64,000 nt of DNA, taken from Mobula hypostoma. Its lineage: Eukaryota. Positions 34,751 to 48,307 of this stretch are shown one piece after another. Location: NCBI RefSeq assembly GCF_963921235.1, contig NC_086097.1:207020001-207084000 (forward strand), in the 5' to 3' direction. Below the pieces are notes generated by a model, which was not told the origin of the DNA, made no database searches, and saw only the letters and a list, made by a program, of their open reading frames with translations. Positions within the stretch are counted from its first letter, which is position 1. Every line of letters begins with the position of its first letter. The position numbers and the translations under genes are program-made.

Positions 34751-37608
34751 CATAAGACCAAGATCATAAGGTATAGGAGCAGAAGCAGGCCATTTGGCCC
34801 ATCGAGTCCACTCCACCATTCAATCGTGGGCTGATCCAATTCTTCCAGTCATCCCCACTCCCCTGCTTTCACCCCATACCCTTTGATGCCCTGGCTAATC
34901 AAGAACCTTTCTATCTCTGCCTTAAATACACCCAAGGACTTGGCCTCCACAGCTGCTCGTGGCAACAAATTCCATAGATCCTTCCGTATCTCAGTTCTAA
35001 AAAGGCGTCCTTCAATTCTGAAGTTGTGCCTTCTTGTCCCAGAATCCCCTACCATGGGAAATAACTTTACCATATCTAATCTTTTCAGGTCTTTCAACAT
35101 TCAGAATGTTTCTATGAGATCCCCCCCCCCCCCCATTCTCCTGAACTCCAGGGAATACAGCCCAAGAGCTGACAGATGTTCCTCATACGGTAACCCTTTC
35201 ATTCTTGGAATCATTCTTGTGAATCTTCTCTGAACCGTCTGCAATGTCAGTATATCCTTCCTAAAATAAGGAGCCCAAAACTGCACACAATACACCAAGT
35301 GTGGTCTCACGAATGCCTTTATAGAGCCTCATCATCACATCCCACATCCCTATTCTTATACTCTATACATCTAGAAATGAATGCCAGCATTGCATTTGCC
35401 TTCTTCACAACCATATCAACCTGAAGGTTAACCTTTAGGGTGTCTTGCACAAGGACTCCCAAGTCCCTTTACACCTCTGCATTTTGAATTCTCTCCCCTT
35501 CTAAGTAATAGTCTGCCCATTTATTTCTTCCACTAAAGTGCATGACCGTACATTTTCCAACATTGTATTTCATTTGCCACTTCTTTGCCCATTCCCCTAA
35601 ACTACCTAAGCTCCTCTGCAGGCCCTCTGTTTCCGCAACACTACACACTCCTCCACCTATCTTTGTAACATCAGCAAATTTAGCCACAAATCCATTAATA
35701 CCATAGTCCAAATCATTGAAATACATTGCAAAAAGCAGTGGTCCCAACACCGACCCCTGTAGAACTCCACTGGTAACCAGCAGGCAGACAAAATAAGATC
35801 TCTTTATTCCCACTTTCTGTTTTCTGCTGACCAGCCAATGCTCTACCCACGCTAGTAACTTCGCTGTAATTCCATGGGATCTTATCTTGCTAAGCAGCCT
35901 CATGTGTGGCACCTTATCAAAGGGCTTCTGAGGATCCAAGTACACCATATCTACTGCATCCCCTTTGTCTACCCTGCTTGTAATTTCCTCAAAGAATTGC
36001 AGTAGGTTTGTCAGGCAGGATGTCCCTTTCAGGAAACCATGCTGGCTTTGGCCTATCTTGTCATGTACCTCCAGGTACTACGTAATCTCAGTCCTAAAAA
36101 TCGATTCCAACAACTTCCCAACCACTGATGTCAGGCTAACAGGTCTATAACTTCCTTTCTGCTGCCTCCCACCCTTCTTAAATAGCAGAGCAACATTTGC
36201 AATTTTCCAGTCATCCGGTGCAATGCCAGAATCTATCGATTCTTGAAAGATCATCGTTAATGCCTCCACAATCTCTCTAGCTACTTCCTTCAGAACCTGA
36301 GGGTGCATTCCATCCAGGAGATTTATCTACCCTCAGACCATTAAGCTTACTGAGCACCTTCTCAATCGTAATGTTCACTGCACAAATTTCACTTCCCTGA
36401 CGCTCTTGAATGTCCAGTATACTGCAGATGTCTTCTGCTGTGAAGACTGATGCAAAATGAGCATTCAGTTCCTCTGCCATCTCTGCATCTCTCATTACAA
36501 TATCTCCAGCGTCATTTTGTATTGGTCCTATATCTACCCTTGACTCTCTCTCACCCTTTATATACTTAAAAAAGCTTTTAGTATCTTCTTCGATATTAGT
36601 CACTAGCTTCCTCTCATAATTCATCTTTTCCTTCCGAATGACCTTCTTAGTTTCCTTCTGCAAGTTTTTAAAAGTTCCCCAATCCTCTATCTTCCCACTA
36701 GCTTTGGCTTCCTGTATGCCCTCTCTTTTACTTTTACTTTGGCTCTGACTTCATTTGTCAGCCACAGTAGTGTCCCTCTTCCCTTTGAAAATTTATTCTT
36801 ATTTGGAATATATCTGTCTTGCACTTCCATCATTTTTCGCAGAAACTCCAGCCACTGCTGCTCTGCTGTCTTTCCTGCAAACGTCACTTTCCAGTCAACT
36901 TCAGCCAGTTCCCCTCTCATGCCATTGTAATTTCCTTTATTCCACACACATTGAATTTTAATTTTTCCCTCTCAAATTTCAATGTGAACTTGATCATATT
37001 GTGATCACTGTTCCGTAAGGGTTCCTAAACCATAGGCTATCTTATCACCTCCGGATCATTACACAACACCCAATCCAGCATAGCCGATCCCCTAGTGGGC
37101 TCAAAAACAAGCAGTTCTAAAAAGCCATCCCTTAGACATTCTACAAATTCTCTCTTGGGTCCAGTACTAACCTGGTTTTCCCAATCCACTTTCATGTTAA
37201 AGTCCCCAACGACTATCATGACATTGTCATGAAATTGCCCTTCAGACACGTCTTTTCTAACTCCTACTGTAATATGTAATCCACATCCCAGCTGCTGTTT
37301 GGAGGCCTGTATACAACTGCCATTAGGGACCTTTTACCCTTGCCATTTCTGAACTCATCCCATAGAGACTGTACACCTTTCAATCCTATGTCATCTCTTT
37401 CTAAGGTTTAATATAATTTCCTCTATACAGAGCCACACCACCCCTCTGCCTACTAACCTATCTTTCTGATATACCGTATATCCTTGGACGTTCAGCTCCC
37501 AACGGCAGCCATCCTTTAGCTAAGCTTCAGAGATGGCCACTTCATATTTGCCAATCTGTAGCTGAATTTCAAGATTGTCTGTTTTATTCCTTGTGCTGCA
37601 TGCATTCA
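34751..37608 (-). mobile_element. CR1 LINE, nearly complete ORF2 pseudogene
   Basis: From the APE start (NACSTRNK) through GDFN, LDWV, YRPVSLTS, KPFD, QGSVLGP and KFADVTK to the CTTATG tail. Confidence 0.95.
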
Positions 37609-37769
37609 TTCATGAACTAAGAGAACCACAATCTGCTAAGGGCTAGATCAGTGTTGTTCAAGTCTGCCAACCAAGGAAAGTACAAGAGGTCCAGGTTTGG
37701 TCTCTGGAAAACAATCGCACATGCCAAGTGGCAATTCGGCACCATACTCAAAACACAGAAGGGTCCTGA

Positions 37770-38640
37770 TTGTTGACACTTCATTGTCGATTTCTAACCT
37801 GCTCTGATTGTTGGGATGTCTTCCATGAAAAGTCATGCTCTTCCATTTTTTAACCTTTTCTCCCATTGTGATAATTTCTTCAGTTTTCTGAGTTGTCCTT
37901 TTACTTAAGTTTAGTGCTGTGTTCTTCTGATCAGAATTACATATGCTTGCATGAAGTGCTGAATCCTGTTTACATCGATGAAAATATTTCCTTAAAAGTT
38001 TTATCTAACTGTTGTGTAAGTTTTTTATATCTGTAATAACTCTGCCTCCTTCTGTCCTAGGTAATGATAATTGAAGTGTGCTCGAGTGTACATAGTGTTT
38101 TCTAAAATTTGTCATTTCATTTCAGTTCTTATTTTTCTTTGTAAATTTTTCTGATTGGTTTCAGACCAAGATATTATGCCAGAACAATATGTTAATATGA
38201 GTATAGTGAAAATGTTTAATGTCTTCATTATATTTTTACTGTTGAGCTCTGTTTGGCAGATTCTGTTTTAAGTTTTCCCTTAATCACACTATGATCTATT
38301 TTCTTTCCTCGTTGGTATCCCAGATACATATATGTTACACATTTATCCATCAGTGGCATTGTATCCTGCTTTTCTGTTTTGTATTTTATTAGCTCTATTG
38401 CATCTTTCTTTATGTTTAATGTTCTGCACTTATCTAGTCCAAAGTTCGTGCTTATATCTTTAGAAAATAGTTCTACTATTTTAATTAATCCCTTTAGCTT
38501 TTCTGATGAAGGAGCATAATAATTACAAATTGTCTATGTATAGAAGGTGTGTCAAGGTACGAATCATTTGGTTGTTTCTGATATGATACTCTATTTTCAT
38601 CCATTTCAGTAAAATACAGAGTGTGTTTAAAGCCCTGGAA
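37770..38640 (-). mobile_element. R4/Dong-like non-LTR element, RT/thumb fragment
   Basis: FQG, HLLYIDNL, YKYLG-like, LTYCSGIISWSE, LPRTEGGR, WKSMTFHGRHP; homologous to 56990-57715. Confidence 0.75.
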
Positions 38641-41600
38641 AAAGCCTTGGATTTTTTTTTGGTTTATGATTATTATTATTATTGATTATTGTTATTTGCA
38701 TTTGTCGTCTTTTGCACACTGGTTGCCTGTTAGTCTTTGTTTATGCTCAGTTTTTCATTAATTCTATCGTATTTCTTTGTTCTACTGTGAACTCCTGCTA
38801 GGAAATGAATTTCAGGGTAGTATATAGTGACGTACACATTCTTTGGTAATTATTTAAGTTTGAACTTTGAATTAGAGAAAGAGTGAAGATCCTAAATAAT
38901 CTTTTCATTTGCTTAAAAAAAAATCCACATCTGCATTTTATTACTTGATGGTCTTCAATTCAATAAAACTTGGCCAACGCCTGCCTTGTTGGCGAAAGCA
39001 ATCAATCCTAGACACATGTTCCAGTTGTTGAGCATATTGTAAAATCTGTTGCTTTAAATTTGGGAATGTTGGGTAGGGAGAAGCTCGCAACTGATGCACA
39101 TCTGCCACTGGAATGGCAAAGCAGGAAGTGCGGTCACATGCAGATCAGTATAGTGCACTAAACATCAGCAAGAGCACCAAAGTCTTCTGAGTTCAAACGT
39201 GATTATCATACTTACAAAATGATATAAAGATTTTGAAGTAAATTTAGAGTGCAGTGTTTAGATCATGCCTATTAAAAAAGACAATAGGCTGAATTGATTC
39301 TCAGCTGAGAATGGTAGGAACATAGTTTCAGTTCTGGAAACTGGGCTTCAATTTAGATTAGATCAAGCTGTGTATAAGGAATCCAACGAGAACAATCGTT
39401 TTTCTCAGTTGTCCAATTATTATGCGACATACCCACACCAGAAAGGCAGAAATCAATCTACTCCTGCAGAATTGACAGAATTCAAAATAGTATGGCAACT
39501 TGAGACTACAAATATAATTTCCAATCTCACCTTCTCACCTACTATTTCATCGAATGGATGCTTATTACTGTTTTTTTGCTGGATCATTTTCATTCAGTTT
39601 GCTGGTAACTCTGGCAATACTATTTAAGGATTGGCACTGTCATTTCTCCAGGGATTACACAGATGTTAGAACCTAACTTTGTTTATCCCATATTGTAGCT
39701 GTTCTATCCAATAATATGACATCAGCAGACAACAAGTTCAATGCTCTACTGGAATTCAGGGATGTAACATGTACTACTTGTATCATGCAGTCCTACAATC
39801 ACAGGGAATAATGTATTCCCACATTGTTTGTTTCTGTTTTCATTTCTTTGAAGAAAATACTTAAATGTTTGGGAACATTACTGAATGTGAGAGCTTCAGC
39901 TTTTTTTTGTTATTCAATTATGCCACATAAATCTAATTGTCTAACTCCAAAATAAAGCAGATCAAGAAGGAAGAGAAGGGGAGTGGTGAAAAGAATTAAT
40001 CCAAAGAGAAAAGATGTTTTAAATTACTCTTTAGATCAAAGAGCACATGTTACTATGTTGCCAACATATTGCAGCCAGATGAGAATATAAGAAGCAGAAG
40101 AAGTTATCCATTCAGTCCCCATTGCCGCTTTGCCATTCTATAAACCCAAAATTCATCTTTCACCCTGACGCCACTTTCTTATGCTATCTCCGGGTCTTTT
40201 CATTCCCTCAACGTTGATTCCTGTTTTCAAGGTACTCTGTGAATAAGCATCCACAGCCCTCTTGAGAAGTGAATGATCATACTCGGAAGACCATGTTGAG
40301 TCTGAAAGGCTACAATATACTCAGAGAACAGGAGGTGTTGTCCCTGAGGGTTATGTCAAGCCTGCTTATAACAATGCAGCAGGCTACAGGACTCTTAAAG
40401 TAAATCAGAGTGGAAGTAAAATGAGAATGAAATGCCATGCAAGTTAAAGATTAGGGTCACCTTGTGGATTGACTGCAGGTGCACTACAACATAGTCGCAC
40501 AGTCTGCATTTGGCTTAGCCGGTGCAGAGGAAACCACATTGTGAATACCAAAAACAGTACATTGAATTGGTCATCTTGAGGCACATGGGAGCCTCAGATT
40601 GGAGTAGCGAGAGGTTAAGCTGTCAATATGAGTAAGTCCAAACAAGACTTGAGGTCTTGGCTAGGGACTATCGCCAGACCAATTGCTTTCTATGAGCACA
40701 CTCAGGAAGGATGATCTAATGTCTGCCTGAGATGAAGGTGGGTACAAATGCATCAACCACCATCAAAGTGAGAGGTGTTGTTTCACAGACTTCTGTTTGA
40801 AGGAAGCATAGAAAGCATTATGGTTGAGGCGATCATGGTCGGATGGGCTGTTGTCAGCAATAAAGTCCGATTTTGCTTTGTCATATGCAAGCCTTGCCAA
40901 TGTGTTGAATCCAGATATTGGTGGGCCAGAAGCAAAGCATCAGGAAAACCTATCCTTGCCGTGTCTAGAAGGAGAGGGGCTGAGTGCAGAGCTGCAGGAA
41001 GGAAGCCCCATTGTTCAGGAAATCAAAAAACATCTGAGACATCTGTGAAAGAGGTTTCACATCAGAGCAGATATGGTGGAGAATGAGGAAGAATGTTGAA
41101 GGTAGCTGTGTGACTTTCTGGGCTTGTAATGGATGTCCTTTTACACAGAGACCAATAGAAAAAGGGAGAGTCGAGAACTGAGCAATGTGAAAGTGAGAAC
41201 AGAATAGAAATTAGCAGCAGAACGAATAAGTACAGGAAGCAGTGCCAGTATACCTGTCAAAGTATCAAAACAATGTTGAGGGAAGGATGCAAAGCTGGAA
41301 CTAGTTTCACATCTGTTCAAGGGAGAATCACAAGCCTTCAAGTCATCTGGATGGTGGGAATTTATGTCTGTGGTTCATGTGAACTGGCTGAAATCCGGGA
41401 AATTGAAAACTGGCAAAGTGATAGAGGGCAAATGAGCTGTCACAGAAATAAGTAGGAAGGTTTTGATTCAAAACAGAAAAGATGGAATCTAAGTAAGAAG
41501 AAATCAGTGATCTGAAACATGTGAAGACATAGCTCACTCAGGTTTGCTGATTGAGTGCACAAGGCATCGATTCATGGCAGTTTGGGATATTGAGGAGCGG

Positions 41601-41678
41601 GCCAATTAACAATAGAGATTGATTAGCAACGACAAATTAAAATAAGGCAGGGGCAAGCAGAGTGGCTGTTGCTGAAAT

Positions 41679-42277
41679 CACAAACAAGAGAAAATCTGCG
41701 GATGCTGGAAATCCAAGCAACATACACAAAATACTAGAGAAACTCAGCAGGCCGGGCAGCATCTATCGAAAAGTGCACAGTCGACGTTTCGGATCGAAAC
41801 CCTTCTACGGGACTGGAGAAAAAAAGCTAAGAAATAGATTTAAAAGGTAGGGGGAAGAAAAAGCTCCTTGTATTCTGTTAGGGTAGCTCCAACCCGATGG
41901 CTTGAACATTGACTTCTCAAACTTCTACTGATATCCCCACCACCGCACTTTAACATTTTGCATCCCCCTTTCCCTCTTTCTCCTTATCTTCTTGCCCACC
42001 AATCATCTCCTTCTGGAGCTCCTCCCCACTTTTTCTTTCTGCCATGGCCTTCTGACTCTTTCACCGTTCAACTTCCCAGCTATTTACTTCATGCCTCCCC
42101 CTCCAAGTTTCATCTATCACCTGGTGTTTCTCTCTCCCCTCGCCCCACTTTTTAACTCCACTCTTCATCATTTTTTCTCCAGTCCTGCCACAGGGTTTCA
42201 GCCCAAAACGTCAACTGTACTTTTTTTTCCATAGATGCTGCCTGGCCTGCTGAGTTCCTCCAGCATTCTGTGTGTGT
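41679..42277. mobile_element. Tail-out inverted Penelope-like insert
   Basis: Exact 16-bp TSD TGGCTGTTGCTGAAAT (41663-41678, 42278-42293). Inverted arms carry degenerate hammerheads at ~41778-41815 (-) and ~42180-42217 (+). Confidence 0.92.
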
Positions 42278-42459
42278 TGGCTGTTGCTGAAATGAACAGT
42301 GTTAGAGTGGGGAGTTTGAAGCTTTAGCTCTTTGAGGATTCAGCTCAGAGAGGCTTGAGTGAGAGAAGAAAAAAAAGCTGCAGATAGATTTTTCTTCTCC
42401 CCAAGTTTATTTATTGTTTTCCTTCTTTATATTTGCACAGTTAGAGCAGTAGTAGTAGC

Positions 42460-43497
42460 CCAAGTAAATCAGCAAGAAACTTCAAGGTTAGACAGAAAGC
42501 CCTAAGGTGTGCTTACCAAGAAGACAAGCGGACACCCAGTAGGATTGCTACAAGAATGGAACCTGTGATGTACACGGTTGTTGTTGGAGATCATACACGC
42601 ACACATCACTGGACCAGATACTGGATGTTCAGCTAAAGAACATACCCGAGTTGACTGCATCCAAAAAGACATAACAGATTACAGCTACCGGTGTGTAAGA
42701 TAGTGACAGGCATTGATCGTGTGGATGGTCAGAGGCTTTCACCCAGGGTTGGAATGGCTAACTCGAGAGGGCACAGTTTGAAGGTGCTTGGAAGCAGGTA
42801 CAAAGGAGATGTCAGGGGTAAGTTTTTTAACGTAAAGAGTGGTGAGTGTGTGGAATAGGCTGCCGACGACGGTGGTGGAGGCGGATATGATAGAGTCTTT
42901 TAACAGGCTCCTGGACAGGTACATGGAGCTTAGAAAAATAGGGGGCTATGGATAGCCCTAGGCAATTTCTAAGGTAGGAACATGTTTGACACAGCTTTGT
43001 GGGCAGAAGGGCCTGAACTGTGTCGTAGGTTTTCTATGTTTCTGTTTCTACCAGACTTGCCTCTCAGTGATGATCATGTCACTGACAGCAACATGACACC
43101 TGCAACAGAGAAAATTGTCTCTGACAAGACACTGGCCAAACCTGATTCCACTCCACAGGTCCAGAGGTGCTATCCTGAAAGAAACAGAGTGCCACACAAA
43201 AGACTGAGTCTTTAGTATAGTGAAGTCAGTTATGGACTGTTATTGTGAAAGCATGTTTATTTGAATATGGTCTGTTAGAGGGAATTTATCTAAATTATGA
43301 TCAATATCTAAAGGGGAGGAAGTGTAATCTATGGATCTATTTCTTTTAGTGCAATGACTTCCATTAGCATAACTATTGACTGAGAACTTACCCATGAGCA
43401 TTGATTTGTTGCGCTCTCTGCAAAGTGCATATGCATATTAATTTTGTCTCTGAATGTGTGCCTTTATTTATTTGATATGTATTTGTACAGACACACA
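42460..43497 (+). mobile_element. Gypsy 3' end (integrase C-terminus, PPT, 3' LTR) interrupted by a CR1 3' end at 42690-43047
   Basis: CYPERNRVPHKRL*; PPT AAAGGGGAGGAAG immediately before TGT at 43323; CR1 flanked by CTACC (42685-42689, 43048-43052). Confidence 0.75.
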
Positions 43498-44410
43498 GAG
43501 TGGTGGGGTCATAGTCTAGAGGGAGGTTCCTGAGGATGTTTTGAAGACCAATATTTGGGCTCTGAAAAACAAAGAGTGATTTGCTTACATTGGCATCACC
43601 TTTGTGGGCAGCTTTTGTTTTCTGTGTTGGCTCTTACTGAGTGGATGGCAGCAATGTCAGAAGGAATTATATTAGGGTGAATAAAGGAAAAGGAAATATT
43701 GAGATAGCCGATGTCATATTAGCATTTAGTGATGAATAGTTTAAGAGACTAAGAGACTATGTATCATTGAGTTCAAAATTTATCTGCCTTGAGAAGAAGA
43801 CTCTCACTGCTTATTCTGCGCACGTCCTCATGGTTTTATAAGCCTCTATAAGGTCACCTGTCACTCTCCTGTAATCCATTGAAACTCAACCTGGTCTGTC
43901 CAATTTCTCCTTGTATAATATAATAAATTAATCTATGAGTCCAGAAAGAAACAGGAGAAAGAGTCCACAGTCCAGGCTGAAGAATGCCAAACAAAGAAAT
44001 AGACACAGAAGGAGTCAAATAATAGTAACAACGTTAGGTACTGGGTTTATAATTCATTAAGACAGGGATACAGACAGAGAAAGTAAGCCAAACATAACCT
44101 CAAACAACCCATCTCATGTTCCATCTGGGCATCTTGCAGCTTTCACAACACCGTAGTTAATTCAACAATTTCACATAACTTGTTTGTATTATAAATATTA
44201 TGTTCTGCTATTAAGGATAAACTTTTGCAATATTAACTCAGTTTTTTTCTCTCCTTTCAAAGACATCTGCGAGGCATCTACAGACCTTCATTTGTTTTTA
44301 GGTTTCAGCATTAGGACTGATTTACATTTCACAATTTTAACATGCCCTTTTTTACGGTTTACCTTTTTCTATCATTGATCATTCATCCACTAGCCAGGTA
44401 GTTCCATAAC

Positions 44411-44884
44411 TACCTGATCAGGTCACTCGTCTGAGTGCTACTGGCACCATGTAACCCAGTACTACCTGTCGCATGGTCGGGTGGTCGGTGACTAAACCAG
44501 CTCCCCCACCAGGCTTGCCTGGTGAGGGGGGTGGCTAGACACCCTGCAGGACGAAAAACAAGACCTGTCAAAGGGCGGATGAACCCTCTTGTAGGGTCAT
44601 CGGCCATTAAGCTAACACCTGCCGTGAAGCGCGGAAAGGGCAACCCTTGCATCAAAGCTTCGTCTGGCCATTCACTGCAACAGAATGTCCCCCAGCCATC
44701 TTGGACCCCGCTATGCCGCTGGATCTGGGAGGCGATGTCGAGGGGGTGGGTCTGGACCTGTGCAACCCCCTACTCACCTAAAATCCACTCACGCACACGC
44801 TGTTCCTTTCTGAGGAGTGGGGTACCACCCCACTAACTGACTGAAAGGAACCATCATCATCCTATGGGATGGATAGCCAGAGAG
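44411..44884 (+). mobile_element. CpG-rich ~475-bp non-autonomous element, probably derived from an RTE 5' UTR
   Basis: AGTTCCAT at 44400-44407 and 44885-44892, a (GA)n end, and a sharp GC/CpG contrast with the flanks. Family assignment is tentative. Confidence 0.6.
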
Positions 44885-46737
44885 AGTTCCATGAACATTA
44901 GAAATCATCTCAGCAACCCTGTATTAACCTGATCAGAGATGCTATCCATCCCTCTACCACCCTTTCTGTAACATAAAACGATCTTACTTTCCCTAGTTCT
45001 GACAAAAAATTAACCTGAAATACCATGTACTTTCATTTCTCATATCTTCCCTTTCTGCTGAGTTGTTCCAGAAAGTCCTATTTATTATTTCAATTTTCCA
45101 GCATTGGCAGCTCTTTGACTTTCAATTCCTGAAGGCCTACTCTTATTCACTGCAATGACTGCATTGCCTGTGGCCACCACATTGACTGTGTTTCCAAATC
45201 TGCTATTCCTTTTGTATTTGCTGCTGAAGTTATGTACAACAGCTTGCAGTTGAGAGCATGTCATTGCATGAGACAACTGTAGAGGCCCCTATGCCAGAAA
45301 GACAGATTTGCTATTTCCTCATCCAGGAGATTAGAATATGGAGCTCAAAATTATGCTCACACTTCAGGCATTTCTTTGGTGTCATTTACCTGCATATACT
45401 GCACTTCATGTGATCCCCGCAATTTTCTTAATACAAAAGAAATAAAATCAATAACTGATAAAATACAATGGATAGTTTCATTGTGAAGGTGAATAGCAAA
45501 TTCCTCATTGTAATCACAGTTCCTTCAGACAGACCTGGTACTTCATGCTAATTATGTTTGACACACTACCATCAGACCCAAGTATGGCTTCTATTCCACT
45601 GTTTTAAAACCATTGAACAGCCCCTTAATGTAATGAGATGCATTCTTGACCTCACACTCTACATCATGATGGTCTTGCACCACTTATCGTCTGTCTGCAT
45701 TGCACTTGTAACACTTCGTTGTACATTCTGTTATTGCTTTTCTCTTGCACTGCCTAATGTACTGAAATGATCTGTACAAATAAAGTTTTTCATTGTACCT
45801 CAGTACATGTGACAATAATACACCATGAGACCATAAGATTACAGGAACAGAATTAGGTCATTTGGACCATCAGATCTGCTCCGTCATTTCATCATGGCTG
45901 ATCAATTTCCCTCACAGCAATCTCCTCACAGTTCATGCTCTGACTAATCAAGAATCTATCAACCTCTGCCTTAAACATACCCAATGACTTGACCTCCACA
46001 GCTGCCTATGGCAATGAATTCCACTGATTCACCACTCTCTGGCTAAAGAAATTCCTCCTCATCTCCAGTCTAAATGGATATCCTTCTATTCAGAGGCTGT
46101 GACCTCTGGTATTATATTTCTCCATCATATGAACATGTTCTCCACGTCTACTCTATGGAGGCCTTTCAACATTTCAATGAGGTCCCTCCTCATTCTTCTG
46201 AATTGCAGTGAGTACAGACCCAGAACCATCAAGTGTTCCTCATATGATAAATCTTTCAATCCAGGAATCAGTTGCATTAAGCTTTTTTTGAAACCTCTCC
46301 AATGTCAGAAAGAGGCCCAAAACTGCTCACAATTCTCCAAGTGAGGCCTCACCAGTGCCTTATAAAGGCTCAACATTACATCCCTGATTTTACATTCTAG
46401 CCCTCTCAGAAAAAAATGTTAACATTACACTCGCCTTCTTCACCACCAAATTAACCTGCAAGTTAATCTTTAGTGAATCCTACGCAAAGGCACCCAAGTC
46501 CCTATGCAACTCAGATTTTTAAATTTTCTCTCCATTTAGAAAATAATCTACACTTTTATTTCTTTTATCAAAGTGCCTGACCATACACTTCCTGACATTT
46601 TATTCCATTTGCTGCTACTTTGCCCATTAATCTGTCTAAGTCCTTCTGTAGCCTCTCTGCTTCCTCAAAACTACCTTCCCTCCACCTATCTTTGTATTAT
46701 CCGCAAACCTGGCCACAAAGCCACTAATTCTATCAAC

Positions 46738-48307
46738 TGAAACAACAGGAATTCTGCAGATGCTGGAAATTCAAGCAACATACATCAAAGTTGCTGGTGA
46801 ACGCAGCAGGCCAAGCAGCATCTATAGGAAGAGGTGCAGTCGACGTTTCAGGCCGAGACCCTTCGTCAGGACTAACTGAAGGAAGAGTGAGTAAGGGATT
46901 TGAAAGCTGGAGGGGGAGGGGGAGATGCAAAATGATAGGAGAAGACAGGAGGGGGAGGGATAGAGCCGAGAGCTGGACAGGTGATAGGCAAAAGGGGATA
47001 CGAGAGGATCATGGGACAGGAGGTCCGGGAAGAAAGACAAGGGGGGGGGGGTGACCCAGAGGATGGGCAAGAGGTATATTCAGAGGGACAGAGGGAGAAA
47101 AAGGAGAGTGAGAGAAAGAATGTGTGCATAAAAATGAGTAACAGATGGGCTACGAGGGGGAGGTGGGGCCTTAGCGGAAGTTAGAGAAGTCAATGTTCAT
47201 GCCATCAAGTTGGAGGCTACCCAGACGGAATATAAGATGTTGTTCCTCCAACCTGAGTGTGACTTCATCTTTACAGTAGAGGAGGCCGTGGATAGACATG
47301 TCAGAATGGGAATGGGATGTGGAATTAAAATGTGTGGCCACTGGGAGATCCTGCTTTCTCTGGCGGACAGAGCGTAGATGTTCAGCAAAGCGGTCTCCCA
47401 GTCTGCGTCGGGTCTCACCAATATATAAAAGGCCACATCGGGAGCACCGGACGCAGTATATCACCCCAGTCGACTCACAGGTGAAGTGATGCCTCACCTG
47501 GAAGGACTGTTTGGGGCCCTGAATGGTGGTAAGGGAGGAAGTGTAAGGGCATGTGTAGCACTTGTTCCGCTTACACGGATAAGTGCCTGGAGGGAGATCA
47601 GTGGGGAGGGATGGGGGGGACGAATGGACAAGGGAGTTGTGTAGGGAGCGATCCCTGCGGAATGCAGGGGCGGGGAGGGAAAGATGTGCTTAGTGGTGGG
47701 ATCCCGTTGGAGGTGGCGGAAGTTATGGAGAATAATATGTTGGACCCGGAGGCTGGTGGGATGGTAGGTGAGGACCAGGGGAACCCTATTCCTAGTGGGG
47801 TGGTGGGAGGATGGAGTGAGAGCCGATGTACGTGAAATGGGGGAGATGCGTTTAAGAGCAGAGTTGATAGTGGAGGAAGGGAAGCCCCTTTCTTTAAAAA
47901 ATGAAGACATCTCCCTCGTCCTAGAATGAAAAGCCTCATCCTGAGAGCAGATGCGGCGGAGACGGAGGAATTGCGAGAAGGGGATGGCGTTTTTGCAAGA
48001 GACAGGGTGAGAAGAGGAATAGTCCAGATAGCTGTGAGAGTCAGTAGGCTTATAGTAGACATCAGTGGATAAGCTGTCTCCAGAGACAGAGACAGAAAGA
48101 TCTAGAAAGGGGAGAGAGGTGTCGGAAATGGACCAGGTAAACTTGAGGGCAGGGTGAAAGTTGGAGGCAAAGTTAATAAAGTCAACGAGTTCTGCATGCG
48201 TGCAGGAAGCAGCGCCAATGCAGTCGTCGATGTAGCGAAGGAAAAGTGGGGGACAGATACCAGAATAGGCACGGAACATAGATTGTTCCACAAACCCAAC
48301 AAAAAGG
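46738..48307 (-). mobile_element. Young 5'-truncated Penelope-like element (RT C-terminal half, thumb, linker, GIY-YIG, terminal repeat)
   Basis: FLRYIDD, LPFLD, YKPTDSHSYLDYSSSHP, VIYCVRCSRCGLLYIGET; apparent frameshift near 47660-47680; 8-bp TSD CTATCAAC (46730-46737, 48308-48315). Confidence 0.97.
46837..46874 (-). ncRNA. Minimal type-I hammerhead ribozyme, core intact
   Basis: UAGUC-CUGACGA-A-GGGUCUCGGCCU-GAAA-C-GUC^GACUG. Confidence 0.8.

Noticed and set aside
39216..39268. Minus-strand exon-like segment with good splice signals
   Set aside because: Stops occur in all three frames; a non-coding exon cannot be supported from sequence alone.
40560..41560. Unique coding region (ORF 40775-41086)
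   Set aside because: It looks like a very old minus-strand LINE relic and is too decayed to classify.
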